From: Patescibacteria group bacterium
GTDB lineage: Bacteria; Patescibacteriota; Patescibacteriia; UBA10025; JAHIVO01
Direction of reading: 5' to 3'
NCBI GenBank assembly: GCA_028718605.1
Contig: JAQULM010000001.1
Coordinates: 263,422-327,421, forward strand
Length of the DNA: 64,000 bases
Positions 18,848 to 28,916 of this stretch are shown piece after piece. The position numbers were made by a program, and so were the translations under genes. The first letter of the stretch is position 1. Every line of letters begins with the position of its first letter. Below the pieces are notes generated by a model, which saw only the letters and a program-made list of their open reading frames with translations, searched no databases and was not told the DNA's origin.

Positions 18848-19314
18848 TATGAAACATTCCAGAGAATAAAATTGATCGCGATGAGTACCGTCCAATTCAC
18901 CATGCTGATCCATGAATGGCGCCACCAACTCCACCCGTTGACATGGAAATCTGAAAACGGATACACAATGCGGGTTGCCCACATCCCGCGGTGGGTAGGA
19001 ATATCAAGCAGTATATGGAAAAAATACGGAATACTGAGAAGCCACGCGGATTTAGTAAATATGAAAAGGATGATTGTCGTAATGCTTGCGGGCACGAGGC
19101 TGTGCGTGAAATAATAGATCCGCATGTACCCCGATGTTGGGCTCTTCACGAACCGCTGGCTTGTCATCTCGGAAAAAAAGCGCAAACCGTACCGCACGAT
19201 GCCGTAGAGCACCGGGATCATGTCCGGCAAAGCGCCGGCGATGGCCGCCCAGCCAACCATCGATTTGGCTCGAATGACAGTCGCCCCCCACCCTGCGTGC
19301 GAAACTGTGTCCAT
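18847..19314 (-). CDS. Membrane-bound metal-dependent hydrolase (YdjM/DUF457-like)
   Basis: MDTVSH, LPD, THSL and HILLD motifs. Confidence 0.75.
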   Translation of the reverse strand: MDTVSHAGWGATVIRAKSMVGWAAIAGALPDMIPVLYGIVRYGLRFFSEMTSQRFVKSPTSGYMRIYYFTHSLVPASITTIILFIFTKSAWLLSIPYFFHILLDIPTHRGMWATRIVYPFSDFHVNGWSWWRHSWISMVNWTVLIAINFILWNVS

Positions 19315-19317
19315 GGG

Positions 19318-19785
19318 TTATTTCTTCTTACCAACCGTGCCGGTCGTCGGCTGTTCGGCCTTCTGGTAATCTTTAACTTTCATTTTAAGGCTCTGCGTGA
19401 AGCTTCCTGCGCTGAAAATCGCCTCTTTCGCTTTCAGGAGCGCTTTGTCCATCACGACGCCAATTTTGTGCTGTGAACCAAACGGCGTGATCGCGCCTGG
19501 TTTGACCTTGAACTTCGCCTGCATTTCTTTCTCCTTCGCGATGTCAACCCTTTTCGCCTTGAGGAGCGCTTTCACTTTCTTGAAATCAACCTTGTAGTGC
19601 GCCGGCACGACCACGATAAAGTATTCTTTGTCCGCTTTCACGAGCACTGTTTTCGCGATTTCACTTAATTTACGTTTCATGGTCTGCGCCAGGTCATACG
19701 CGGTAAAAACCGTCTTATGCTCAAGCACGTCGTATTTTACTTTTGCTTTTTTCAGATGGTTGAGAAGCTTTACTGGGATAGCCAT
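19318..19785 (-). CDS. YbaK/EbsC aminoacyl-tRNA deacylase family protein
   Basis: IAKTVLV, GAITPFG and FSAGS motifs. Confidence 0.88.
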   Translation of the reverse strand: MAIPVKLLNHLKKAKVKYDVLEHKTVFTAYDLAQTMKRKLSEIAKTVLVKADKEYFIVVVPAHYKVDFKKVKALLKAKRVDIAKEKEMQAKFKVKPGAITPFGSQHKIGVVMDKALLKAKEAIFSAGSFTQSLKMKVKDYQKAEQPTTGTVGKKK

Positions 19786-19802
19786 ACGTATATCCTTTCA
19801 AA

Positions 19803-20123
19803 TTACTTATTTACTTTTTTTCTTCGCAAACCAAGCGGCAGTTCCTGCTGTTTACCAACGAGTTTCCGTACCGCCCGCCGCCCCGCGATTGTCAGTGTCA
19901 CGTCGTCGATAAACCACTTCTCTGGCGTGCGGCGGCCAAAGCCGACCATCAAGCCTTTGTCGATTAAACGCTCAATGCTCCGCGTAACAATACCCGGCCG
20001 GTCAGCGGGCTTGACTGTCTTTTCCCGTCTTTCATAATACCGAAGGAATGTAGCGCGTCGCGTTTTCCCGCGGTTGCTTGCGGTTGATTTCAAAATAAAT
20101 TTTTGGAGCGTCGATAACTTCAT
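19803..20123 (-). CDS. Basic hypothetical protein, possible winged HTH
   Basis: SIERLIDKGLM...VTLT.AGR resembles a wHTH wing; ATGA-coupled to aspS. Confidence 0.6.
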   Translation of the reverse strand: MKLSTLQKFILKSTASNRGKTRRATFLRYYERREKTVKPADRPGIVTRSIERLIDKGLMVGFGRRTPEKWFIDDVTLTIAGRRAVRKLVGKQQELPLGLRRKKVNK

Positions 20124-21517
20124 TTTTTCGTAACATTCAGCCGTAATTCCTTTAACTGCTGCTCGCTCGCTGCTGACGGGCTGCCCGTCATCGGCTCGCG
20201 ATTATCACCGGTCTTAGGGAACGCAACGACTTCGCGGATATTCGGCGCGCGCAGGAGGATTGCCAACAGCCGGTCGATGCCGCACGCAATGCCGCCATGC
20301 GGCGGCACGCCGTACTCAAACGCCTCCATCATATGGCCAAACTGCGTTTTGGCCTCCTCTTTCGTCACGCCGACCAACTCCAGCACTTTTTCCAATACTT
20401 TCGGGTCGGTGCTGCGAATACTGCCTCCCGCAATTTCATTGCCGTTCAACGCGATGTCGTGCTGCCACGAGCGCACCCTGCCTGGGTCAGTCTCGAGCAG
20501 CGCGACGTCATCCGAATGTGGTGCGGTAAATATATGGTGGTTCGCGACGTACTTGCCGTCTTTCTTCTCTGCCTCGAAAAACGGCCAGTCAACGATGAAC
20601 ACGAACGCGAGCTCATTGGGATCGTTTTTATCCTTACGCAAATCGGGCTTGTCGTTTCCGTACTTCTTCATCGCTTCGGCGTACGGTATGCGCGGCCACG
20701 GGCTGAACGTAATTTTTTTCTCTGGGAACAATTCCTTGACCATCGCCGCGTACAGACGTTCAATCAAATCCAACACGTCGGCTTGTTCAACAAACGACAT
20801 TTCCAGGTCCAACTGGAAAAACTGGTCCGGCGCGCGGTCAGCGCGCGCATCCTCGTCACGGAAGCACGGCGCGATCTGGAAATACTTGTCAAAGCCGGCA
20901 ATCATCAAGAGCTGCTTGTACTGCTGCGGCGACTGCGGCAATGCGTAGAACTTGCCCGGATACTGGCGCGACGGCACGAGATAGTCGCGTGCGCCCTCGG
21001 GCGTTGACTTCGCGAGTATAGGCGTCTCTATTTCAATAAAGCCTTCTTTATGCAAAAAATCGCGGATGTATTTCACCAGTTTCGAACGGATAATAATCGA
21101 ACGCTGATTCCTCGCGCGGCGCAAATCCAAATACCGGTATTTGAAGCGCAGTTCCTCCCCGACTTCCTCTTTTTCCGTTTCAACAATCTCAAACGGCGGC
21201 GTCTTGGATTCGGCAAGGATTTTCAAGCCCTCTGCCTGAATTTCAACAGTACCGGTTGGCATCTCCTTGTTAACCAGTTTTTCGGGCCGCTGCGCAACTG
21301 TTCCGACGATTTCAACGACAAACTCCGGCCGCAGCTTTTTCGCGGTCTCCAAAACATCCTTCTTGTCAGGAGTAAAAACAACCTGAACAATACCACTAAC
21401 GTCTCGCAATTCGACAAACACCATCTTCCCGAGCCGCCGGGTCACATGGACCCAACCGTTAAGGCGGACTTTCTTACCGATATGGCTAATAACTTCTTTC
21501 GTTAATAAACGTTCCAT
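20120..21517 (-). CDS. aspS: Aspartate--tRNA ligase, short form lacking the GAD insertion
   Basis: TPEGARDY, LPQSPQ, CFRDED and PPHGGIA motifs; about 465 aa. Confidence 0.95.
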   Translation of the reverse strand: MERLLTKEVISHIGKKVRLNGWVHVTRRLGKMVFVELRDVSGIVQVVFTPDKKDVLETAKKLRPEFVVEIVGTVAQRPEKLVNKEMPTGTVEIQAEGLKILAESKTPPFEIVETEKEEVGEELRFKYRYLDLRRARNQRSIIIRSKLVKYIRDFLHKEGFIEIETPILAKSTPEGARDYLVPSRQYPGKFYALPQSPQQYKQLLMIAGFDKYFQIAPCFRDEDARADRAPDQFFQLDLEMSFVEQADVLDLIERLYAAMVKELFPEKKITFSPWPRIPYAEAMKKYGNDKPDLRKDKNDPNELAFVFIVDWPFFEAEKKDGKYVANHHIFTAPHSDDVALLETDPGRVRSWQHDIALNGNEIAGGSIRSTDPKVLEKVLELVGVTKEEAKTQFGHMMEAFEYGVPPHGGIACGIDRLLAILLRAPNIREVVAFPKTGDNREPMTGSPSAASEQQLKELRLNVTKK

Positions 21518-21524
21518 GGAACAA

Positions 21525-22514
21525 TTATTGAACAAATTTAAAAGTGTTAATTATACCTTGCTCTGTTGGGGTAGGTGATGCCGTATCACCAGTTTCTATG
21601 CTATAAATGTAACCTTGATTTTGTAAAAAAATTATATACGTCTCAGATTCTCCTAAACACCCGCCTTGAAAACCTTGTACATTATCAACCATGATGATAG
21701 TTGGTTGAAATTCGACACAGTACCCAAGAGTTTTTTGATTTATCCAGTCTTCAAAACTTAATCGCTCAGTAGAATTATTTGGCAACTCTGATGCAGATTT
21801 ATAGACTTTAACCATCACATCAAAAATTCTAACAATTTGTTTAGCATTCATTCTTTCTTGTCGGTCAGGTGACAAGATATATAAACTTCCATCATTGATG
21901 TAATCCAAATTTACTATCCAGTTTGAGGGATATTTAATGGAATATCTCAGTGTATCATTCGTATACGTCTCCCAGCTGGTAGTATCGATGGCCGCAGTGT
22001 TCGTATTCGTGCTGGTATTCACGTTGGAATTTGTGTCCGGCGCAGCCGCGGGACCGATATCGATATTCCAAACCTGCTTATTTGCAAGTGATGTGCCGTC
22101 GGTTGCTTCCAGTGACGTTTCTACCACTACGGTGCACCTCTGGGCCGCCGTGCGGGGCGTGTCGAGTGTAAAAGTAACAACCTTTTTCGACGCATCAAGC
22201 GCGAGCGTACCGGGTATCTTGTCCTCAATTCCCTGCAAGACATAGAATGAACCATCGGTAAGCGTCGTTTGGTCTATAGGTTTTGAAAAACCTACCGTTA
22301 CCGTATCGAGTGAGCTAACGGTGCTATCTTTTGCTGGGATGAAGCTCGTGGCTACTAATGCAGCTGCGTTTGTATTCGCAACGGTATTTGTATTTTCCGC
22401 GGCCTCTTTATTGTTTGTCGCCTTATCGTAAAAAGCTACGCCGACAAGAGCAACTGCCAGGACGGAGATTACGATAGCGATGATGATCGGCGACCAGCCT
22501 TTTTGAATAATCAT
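21525..22514 (-). CDS. Membrane-anchored Ig-like (Big_5) plus PsbP-like domain protein
   Basis: N-terminal TM, Asn/Thr-rich linkers, WETYTN..YSIKYPSNW, C-terminal IINTFKF. Confidence 0.7.
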   Translation of the reverse strand: MIIQKGWSPIIIAIVISVLAVALVGVAFYDKATNNKEAAENTNTVANTNAAALVATSFIPAKDSTVSSLDTVTVGFSKPIDQTTLTDGSFYVLQGIEDKIPGTLALDASKKVVTFTLDTPRTAAQRCTVVVETSLEATDGTSLANKQVWNIDIGPAAAPDTNSNVNTSTNTNTAAIDTTSWETYTNDTLRYSIKYPSNWIVNLDYINDGSLYILSPDRQERMNAKQIVRIFDVMVKVYKSASELPNNSTERLSFEDWINQKTLGYCVEFQPTIIMVDNVQGFQGGCLGESETYIIFLQNQGYIYSIETGDTASPTPTEQGIINTFKFVQ

Positions 22515-22523
22515 TGCAATAGC

Positions 22524-23117
22524 TTATTTAACAAATCGAAACGTCGTGAGTACTTCCGCAGTGGTTGTCGTAAACGGTACCTCAAATAAATTCCCCTTGC
22601 CCAGGAAGAATATGTGGTCGTTGGAAGCAGTGCCTGCCTGTAGGCGGTATATGATCGCATCCGCCGTATCGACCTTCTCGGTGTACGACTGGTAAATCCC
22701 GGGGTGGATGCCTGTCAACCGCTCATACGCCTCCCCGATTTCCTCATCCTCATTAATCCCGAAATACCGTATTGAAAAGGCTTCCATGTTATCCTGGCGG
22801 GTAAAAACGACCATCGATCCCGTCGTCGAGCCATAGGTGATTGAATCTTCCGAAACGGAATACTCGGCAGGATACTGCACGGTGAAAAAACCGGGCTGCT
22901 CATACTGGGACCATGCTGCACTATTGACGGTGCTCGGAATTTTCACGACCTCACCGCGCTGGAACACGCGTACGATGAGGATATTCGACGTCGGGGTCGG
23001 GTTCTCTATCCAGAAAAAATAGAGGATATAAAAAACGAAAAACACGATGACCACCTCCATGAGAATGATGGATATCCCCCAAAATGTCGTTACTCCGGCT
23101 TGGTTGCGTATGCTCAT
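22524..23117 (-). CDS. Membrane-anchored hypothetical protein (PsbP-like)
   Basis: NQAG followed by a TM segment, WSQY..FTVQYP, C-terminal VLTTFRF; ATGA overlap supports the start at 23117. Confidence 0.7.
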   Translation of the reverse strand: MSIRNQAGVTTFWGISIILMEVVIVFFVFYILYFFWIENPTPTSNILIVRVFQRGEVVKIPSTVNSAAWSQYEQPGFFTVQYPAEYSVSEDSITYGSTTGSMVVFTRQDNMEAFSIRYFGINEDEEIGEAYERLTGIHPGIYQSYTEKVDTADAIIYRLQAGTASNDHIFFLGKGNLFEVPFTTTTAEVLTTFRFVK

Positions 23118-23527
23118 TTCGTTCCGCATAAATTTTTAGTTGCAGTGCAGTCACGGCCTTGCGCATCCATCCAATACCGGCCGCAGTCCGGCGCTGTTTG
23201 GTCGAGCGTCGCGTATCCGCACCACTTCAAGAAATCGCCATTCTTATCCAGGATAACCTCTCCAACGCCAATACAATTGCTCTGCAATATATATGTCCCG
23301 CCACACTGGTACGCCCGCGCGACGAGACACTGCTCCGGAAACCGCGAGTGTGCCGTGCCGCAGAAGCTGATCGCAGCCGTTTCCCCGCTCCGTTCCATCG
23401 CCGCCGCATGTTTCCGCTGATTTACCGTGATTGAAATCGCATTCAGCAAAACAACTGACAGTGCGAGAAGCCCGAAGAGGATGATCGATACCGCTTGTAC
23501 TCCGCGTCTATCGCGTATAAATCGCAT
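23114..23527 (-). CDS. Cys-rich membrane-anchored hypothetical protein
   Basis: RDRRG followed by a hydrophobic helix, then 8 Cys in the soluble part. Confidence 0.7.
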   Translation of the reverse strand: MRFIRDRRGVQAVSIILFGLLALSVVLLNAISITVNQRKHAAAMERSGETAAISFCGTAHSRFPEQCLVARAYQCGGTYILQSNCIGVGEVILDKNGDFLKWCGYATLDQTAPDCGRYWMDAQGRDCTATKNLCGTK

Positions 23528-23531
23528 ATTG

Positions 23532-24833
23532 TTACGGCCGCAGCCTGTTAATCATTCGCGGGAACGGGATTGTTTCGCGCACATGGTCAAGTCCGCACAG
23601 CCAGGCGACGGTGCGCTCCAGCCCGATGCCGAATCCTGAATGAGGGACAGAGCCGTACCGCCGCAGGTCAAGGTACCACTCGAAGTCTTCACGCTTCAGT
23701 CTACTCTCCTTGATGCGTGCCTCAAGTAATGCAAAATCGTCAATGCGCTGTGATCCGCCGATCACCTCTCCGTACCCCTCAGGGGCAAGCATGTCCGCGC
23801 ACAGCGCGAGTTTCTCGTCTTCCGGATCGGGTTTCATATAAAACGCCTTAATCGCCGCGGGATACCTGGTAATGAAAATCGGGCGGTCATGTGCTTTCGT
23901 TATTAAGGTCTCGTCGTCGTTGCCGAGGTCAGTGCCCCACTCGATGTCCGAGCCAAGCTTCTTCAATTCTCCGAGCGCTTCTTCGTACGTCATCCGGATG
24001 AACGGCGCTTGTACCTTTTGAAGCGGAGCGATGTCCCGCTTGAGCAGCGCAAGGTCAGCTTCCCGCTCAGCGAGAACCCTGCGAATAACATACACAATCA
24101 TCCGCTCCTGCAGGTCGATGCTTGCGTCCAAGTCATAGAACGCCATCTCCGCATCCAGCATCCAGAATTCGGTCAGGTGGCGCCGGGTCTTGGACTTCTC
24201 TGCGCGGAACGTCGGGCCGAAATCGTACACTTTTCCGAGTGCCATGCACAGCGCCTCAAGATACAGCTGGCCGGACTGGGATAAATACGCTTTTTCGTCG
24301 AAGTAATTCGTTTCAAACAATGTCGTGGTGCCCTCACACGACGTCGGTGTCAGGATCGGCGTATCGGTCATCACAAAGCCTTCATTGCGGAAAAACTCAC
24401 GGAGCGCCCAGATGATGCTGTCCCTGACGCGCATGATTGCAGCCTGCCGCGCTGAACGGAGCCACAGGTGCCGGTTATTCAGGAGAAAATCAGGACCATG
24501 TTCTTTCTTGCCGATGGGATACTCGCCTGCCCGATGGACGAGCTTCAAATCGCTCACTTCGAGCTCAAATCCGCCGGGGGCACGCGGTTCAGCTTTAACC
24601 TTCCCAACGACTTGTAATGATGATTCAATCGTCAATAATTCGGCGGTTTGCCAATAGCTAACCTCTTTATTCGCAACTGCCATTGTCACGACTGCCTGTA
24701 AAATACCCGCTGAACCGTCCCGCAGCTGCAGAAAAACAATCTTGCCGCTGGAACGCACGTTAGCAACCCAGCCCTGGATCGTTACCTGTTTACCGACGTG
24801 CCTTGATATATCCGAAATTCGTACTATTTGCAT
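23532..24833 (-). CDS. asnS: Asparagine--tRNA ligase
   Basis: [26 protein letters not shown] and [11 protein letters not shown] motifs. Confidence 0.96.
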   Translation of the reverse strand: MQIVRISDISRHVGKQVTIQGWVANVRSSGKIVFLQLRDGSAGILQAVVTMAVANKEVSYWQTAELLTIESSLQVVGKVKAEPRAPGGFELEVSDLKLVHRAGEYPIGKKEHGPDFLLNNRHLWLRSARQAAIMRVRDSIIWALREFFRNEGFVMTDTPILTPTSCEGTTTLFETNYFDEKAYLSQSGQLYLEALCMALGKVYDFGPTFRAEKSKTRRHLTEFWMLDAEMAFYDLDASIDLQERMIVYVIRRVLAEREADLALLKRDIAPLQKVQAPFIRMTYEEALGELKKLGSDIEWGTDLGNDDETLITKAHDRPIFITRYPAAIKAFYMKPDPEDEKLALCADMLAPEGYGEVIGGSQRIDDFALLEARIKESRLKREDFEWYLDLRRYGSVPHSGFGIGLERTVAWLCGLDHVRETIPFPRMINRLRP

Positions 24834-24961
24834 ATGGATATGCCCATATTATACTGTTTTTTTGTGTTTTTGCAAATAAATAATTAGTGCTAAAAAACGC
24901 TTCCAGCCTGTTACCTGACGCCGACGAATGTCAAATTTATAGCCAATAAAAACTCTTTATA

Positions 24962-27652
24962 TCAAGCCACTCTACGTCTCAACATCCTCTTGTTCCAAAC
25001 TATAAAAAACCATTTAATGATCTCGATCACAAATACTGAAGCAACACCGACTGTCAGTACGATCACCCAGTCAAATAAATTCAAGGGGACGCCATGAAAT
25101 ATCTTCTGGAAAAATGGAACATACACGGCTACCAGCTGTAATCCGAAACCCATCATAACAGCAAACAACAAGTACTTATTTAAAAACGTCTCGCGATGCC
25201 AGATCGAATAGCGCATACTCCTACATGAAAAAACATAAAGTAAAGAATCAATCGCCACCGCAACAAACGTCATTGTACGTGCTTTTTCGATGTCACCAGT
25301 AGCCTTTAAGGTAAAATAGTAGATACATAAAGCCATAACGCCTGTTAATAAACTTACAATACCGATGATAAGTTTCATTTCCGTATCAACCATCTTTGCC
25401 TTTGGAGAAACCGGCTGCTGCTGCATGATGTCCTTTTCTCCCGGCTCCAAGGTCAGAGCAATGTTCGGAAAACCGTCAGTGATTAAATTGATCCATAGTA
25501 TTTGGGCCGCCAACAGCGGGAGCTCCCACCTAAACAAGATAGCCAATGAAATTATGACCATCTCTGTAAAACTATCGGACATAAGATAGAGAATGACTTT
25601 CTTAATATTTTCATAGATTGTCCTGCCTTCCTGAACTGAATAGACGATTGTTTTAAAATTATTATCGAGAAGCACAATATCAGCTGTTTCTTTCGCAACG
25701 TCAGTGCCCGATCCAAGCGCGACGCCGATATCGGCCGACTTAAGTGCGGGGGCGTCATTTACCCCATCGCCAGTCATAGCAACAACCTGTCCACGCGACT
25801 GCCAGGCATCAATGATCCGCAGTTTGTCATTGGGATTAACGCGGGCGTAAACGGAAATTTCTGCAATTCGCTCTTTTAACTCCTTTTCGTTTAACCGCTC
25901 CAGCTCCTTTCCTTCGATTATATTCCTATCTTCATGGGGTAAGTTCAGCTCGGCGGCGATCGCCTTTGCCGTCAGACGATGGTCACCCGTTATCATAACT
26001 GGATGAATTCCAGCCTCCAAGCAGCGTTCAATTGTTTCTCTGGCCTCTTTCCTGAGCGGATCTTTGATCCCGGCAAAGCCAACAAAAACGAGGTCTTGGA
26101 GTACATCAGTCCTCTCCTGAATGTTTTGGAATCCCGCGTCAACCTTCTTGAAGCCCAACGCTAGAATACGCAGACCCTCAGCACTTAGTTTTTCGTATTC
26201 TCGCTTGAGAGCTTCGCGTTTTTTCGAATCGAGCTGAATAATTTTTCCGTCCAAATCAATTTTTGTCGCGGCCCGCAATAATATTTCTGGAGCGCCTTTA
26301 TAGTACAAAATACGCTCCTGAGCCCTATTTTCATGGAGTGTCGCCATGTATTTCCTGGCTGAAGAAAACGGAATCACCTCCCGACGAGGATTTTCCCTCC
26401 GCATTTTACGGATATTAATACCTGCCTGCGAAGCGAGGAGCACGAGGGCCTTCTCAGTCGGCAAGCCGATGATGTTCCGGTGCTCAAGCGCCTCGTCAGG
26501 ATTCTCGATAAAAGCATCAGAGGCCAAAACGCCTATTATGAGGGCAAAAAAGTAGCTTTTCGCCGCTTCACCCGACAAATCGCTGATCGAGGCGCGAACT
26601 GTATCCAGATTGTTTGCGTGGGTTATTATTCGAACAACACGCATTTCCCCTTCTGTCAGCGTTCCGGTCTTGTCCGTACAAATTACCGTGGTGGAACCTA
26701 ATGTTTCGGCAGCAACAAGTTTACGGACCAGCGACTTCTGCTTCAGAATACGCTGCATGCCAATTGCTAAAATTACCGTAACGACTACTACGAGACCTTC
26801 CGGAACAGCCGCAACGGCAAGTGCTACTGCTGTCATGAACATTTCTTCAAAACTATACCCTAATAAAATCCCAGCAACGAAAATTACAGCAGCGATCCCT
26901 ACAATAACCAGACCCAGAACCTTTGCAAATGATCCCAATTTCTTTTGCAAGGGCGTATCCTCTTCTTTCATGGTCCTTATCAGTTCTGCAATATGACCCA
27001 GCTGCGTCTCCTTACCTATCGCCACAACGATCCCCAATCCGGTTCCGGCTACGATAGTAGTTCCCATGAACGCCATATTCCTCTGCTCAGCTAAAACAAC
27101 CGCGTTCGGAAGCACCTCAGCTGTCTTACGCACTGGCACTGATTCGCCAGTTAAACTTGCTTCATCAATTCGCAAGTCATCAGCTGTAACAATCCTGATA
27201 TCGGCCGGCACTTTATTACCCGATCTTAGAAAAACAATATCCCCCGGAACTAATTCTTTCGCTTCAACTTTCCTTTCTTGGCCCTCGCGCCGAACTTCAG
27301 CATATTGGGTGACGACATTCCGCAGCTTCTCGAGTGATTTCTGTGCACGGAATTCCTGGATAAAACCAACGACGACATTCAAAACCACGGCGGCGAGAAT
27401 GACCCACGCATCAATTATATCCTGGAGCAAAAAGCTAATCGCTGCAGCAACGAGCAGGATGTAAATTAAAATGCTCCGGAATTGGCTGGCCAGAAGTTTC
27501 AACGCCGAGAAAGACTTTTCTCGCGGAAGTTCATTGTTTCCGTGCTCCCTCGCTCGGCGGGCCGCCTGCTGAGCAGACAAACCATCTGAAATAACGACAC
27601 CGGTTACTTCGGCGACGCGGCTCACTGATTGGGCATAGTAGTACTTGCTCAT
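24962..27652 (-). CDS. Cation-transporting P-type ATPase (type IIA, Ca2+-like)
   Basis: TGES, PEGL, DKTGTLT, KGAPE, GDGVND and QILWINL motifs. Confidence 0.95.
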   Translation of the reverse strand: MSKYYYAQSVSRVAEVTGVVISDGLSAQQAARRAREHGNNELPREKSFSALKLLASQFRSILIYILLVAAAISFLLQDIIDAWVILAAVVLNVVVGFIQEFRAQKSLEKLRNVVTQYAEVRREGQERKVEAKELVPGDIVFLRSGNKVPADIRIVTADDLRIDEASLTGESVPVRKTAEVLPNAVVLAEQRNMAFMGTTIVAGTGLGIVVAIGKETQLGHIAELIRTMKEEDTPLQKKLGSFAKVLGLVIVGIAAVIFVAGILLGYSFEEMFMTAVALAVAAVPEGLVVVVTVILAIGMQRILKQKSLVRKLVAAETLGSTTVICTDKTGTLTEGEMRVVRIITHANNLDTVRASISDLSGEAAKSYFFALIIGVLASDAFIENPDEALEHRNIIGLPTEKALVLLASQAGINIRKMRRENPRREVIPFSSARKYMATLHENRAQERILYYKGAPEILLRAATKIDLDGKIIQLDSKKREALKREYEKLSAEGLRILALGFKKVDAGFQNIQERTDVLQDLVFVGFAGIKDPLRKEARETIERCLEAGIHPVMITGDHRLTAKAIAAELNLPHEDRNIIEGKELERLNEKELKERIAEISVYARVNPNDKLRIIDAWQSRGQVVAMTGDGVNDAPALKSADIGVALGSGTDVAKETADIVLLDNNFKTIVYSVQEGRTIYENIKKVILYLMSDSFTEMVIISLAILFRWELPLLAAQILWINLITDGFPNIALTLEPGEKDIMQQQPVSPKAKMVDTEMKLIIGIVSLLTGVMALCIYYFTLKATGDIEKARTMTFVAVAIDSLLYVFSCRSMRYSIWHRETFLNKYLLFAVMMGFGLQLVAVYVPFFQKIFHGVPLNLFDWVIVLTVGVASVFVIEIIKWFFIVWNKRMLRRRVA

Positions 27653-27690
27653 AGGTTGGTATCCCTAGTCTACCACAAATTTTCCCAAGC

Positions 27691-27720
27691 AAAAACGGCT
27701 GCATACTTCATACAGCCGCC
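27691..27720 (-). terminator. Intrinsic terminator after pilin paralog 2
   Basis: CGGCTG...CAGCCG stem followed by TTTTT on the minus strand. Confidence 0.65.
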
Positions 27721-27784
27721 TTGCTTTGGATATTGGAATATATCCGAATATATTCGGTGTCAAAATGAATAAATCTTCCCATTA

Positions 27785-28141
27785 CTAGGCACCGGTAACA
27801 TCACCAGTCTGGTTGACAACGAAGATGACAATTGCCCATGCGAGCAATACGACGATTAAACCGATAACTGCCGAAGTGATAATTTTCTTCGCGGTTGAAA
27901 CCCGATCTTCGTTTCCTGCAGCGGTCATCCACATGAAACCACCATAGAGTATAAAGATGACAGCGATCAATCCCAGGAATCCCAGAATCCATTGAATGAT
28001 GTTAATCACGGTTGATTCAAGGTCAGCGCTTCCAAGGCCAAAGGTGGTGCCCAATTCTTCGTCAATATTGACCTGTGCTGCGGCGACCATCGGAAGAGCA
28101 AACATCGAGAGAGTAGCGATACCAATATATACTTTTTTCAT
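27785..28141 (-). CDS. VirB2/TrbC-like pilin (CPR type), paralog 2
   Basis: AAA|Q signal and TFGLGSADLES motif shared with the 2486 paralog; own promoter TTGACA-17-TAGTAT and SD AAAGGGGGTGA. Confidence 0.82.
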   Translation of the reverse strand: MKKVYIGIATLSMFALPMVAAAQVNIDEELGTTFGLGSADLESTVINIIQWILGFLGLIAVIFILYGGFMWMTAAGNEDRVSTAKKIITSAVIGLIVVLLAWAIVIFVVNQTGDVTGA

Positions 28142-28600
28142 GTAACTTTCACCCCCTTTCGTGTTTGAATATAAGATAATAATTCAATCTTCGGACAAAC
28201 AAACTTCAATCCATACTATCACGTTTACCCTGTGTTGTCAATAGCTCCCTGCTTAAATCGCTTAGGTAAGGATTTTAAAACTTCTTGCGCGTATAAAAAT
28301 AGAAAAAACCACCAAAAACAAGGAGAAGTATAAGTACGAAAATCGCTCCGCCGCCTAATTCCATAGAAAAATTCTATTATTATGTTTAATTAAGGCATAA
28401 TAACGGAAAATAATGCCTTTTCGACTGCATTATATCAAATTCTTCTTAATTTGGCAAATAGCCACCTCTCGTACCCTTGACTTTGAATTGACTGTACGTA
28501 CACATCGGTAGTAGGGTAAATATAGAGATATTAATAAGACTTTATCGAATAGAAACCGCAAAAATCGTTCAAAAAGCCCTACCGATCGGAGGTGATTCAG

Positions 28601-28834
28601 ATGAGTACGGACGATTTTAGACAGGACGATGGCGTTGGTGGCGGCTGGCCAGCAAGTGAGAACAGGGAGGTATTCCCTCCAGGGCATCCGGCCCTAAAAG
28701 AACTGCCTGTTCCTGCATCAGAAGTAACTTCGAGCCAGCGAATTGCTGAGTCCGATAGATGGCCCCGTAGAGGCTATGTCAAGGATTCCGAGACCACGCT
28801 GCCGCCATGCGAAAACCTTTGTCCTGGCTGCTAA
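28601..28834 (+). CDS. 77-aa orphan ORF ending CENLCPGC (alternatively a structured RNA)
   Basis: SD GGAGGTGA at 28588-28595, candidate TTGACT-18-TAGGGT promoter, downstream terminator. Confidence 0.5.
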   Translation: MSTDDFRQDDGVGGGWPASENREVFPPGHPALKELPVPASEVTSSQRIAESDRWPRRGYVKDSETTLPPCENLCPGC

Positions 28835-28863
28835 TCACACGTAGTGATAAACAGCTAAAAGTT

Positions 28864-28888
28864 AACTGCTCTCCCTCGAGAGCAGTTT
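28864..28888 (+). terminator. Intrinsic terminator hairpin
   Basis: AACTGCTCTC-CCTC-GAGAGCAGTT perfect 10-bp stem. Confidence 0.7.
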
Positions 28889-28916
28889 CCTTATTATTCA
28901 AATAGTACCACACTAG

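Noticed and set aside
20120-21517. AspRS lacking the GAD domain (and MutY at 58740 lacking Fe-S cysteines)
   Set aside because: Streamlined variants consistent with genome reduction; the frames are intact, so these are not pseudogenes
27728-27757. Palindrome CCGAATATATTCGG downstream of pilin 2
   Set aside because: Single occurrence with no supporting context; may be only an mRNA-stabilising hairpin
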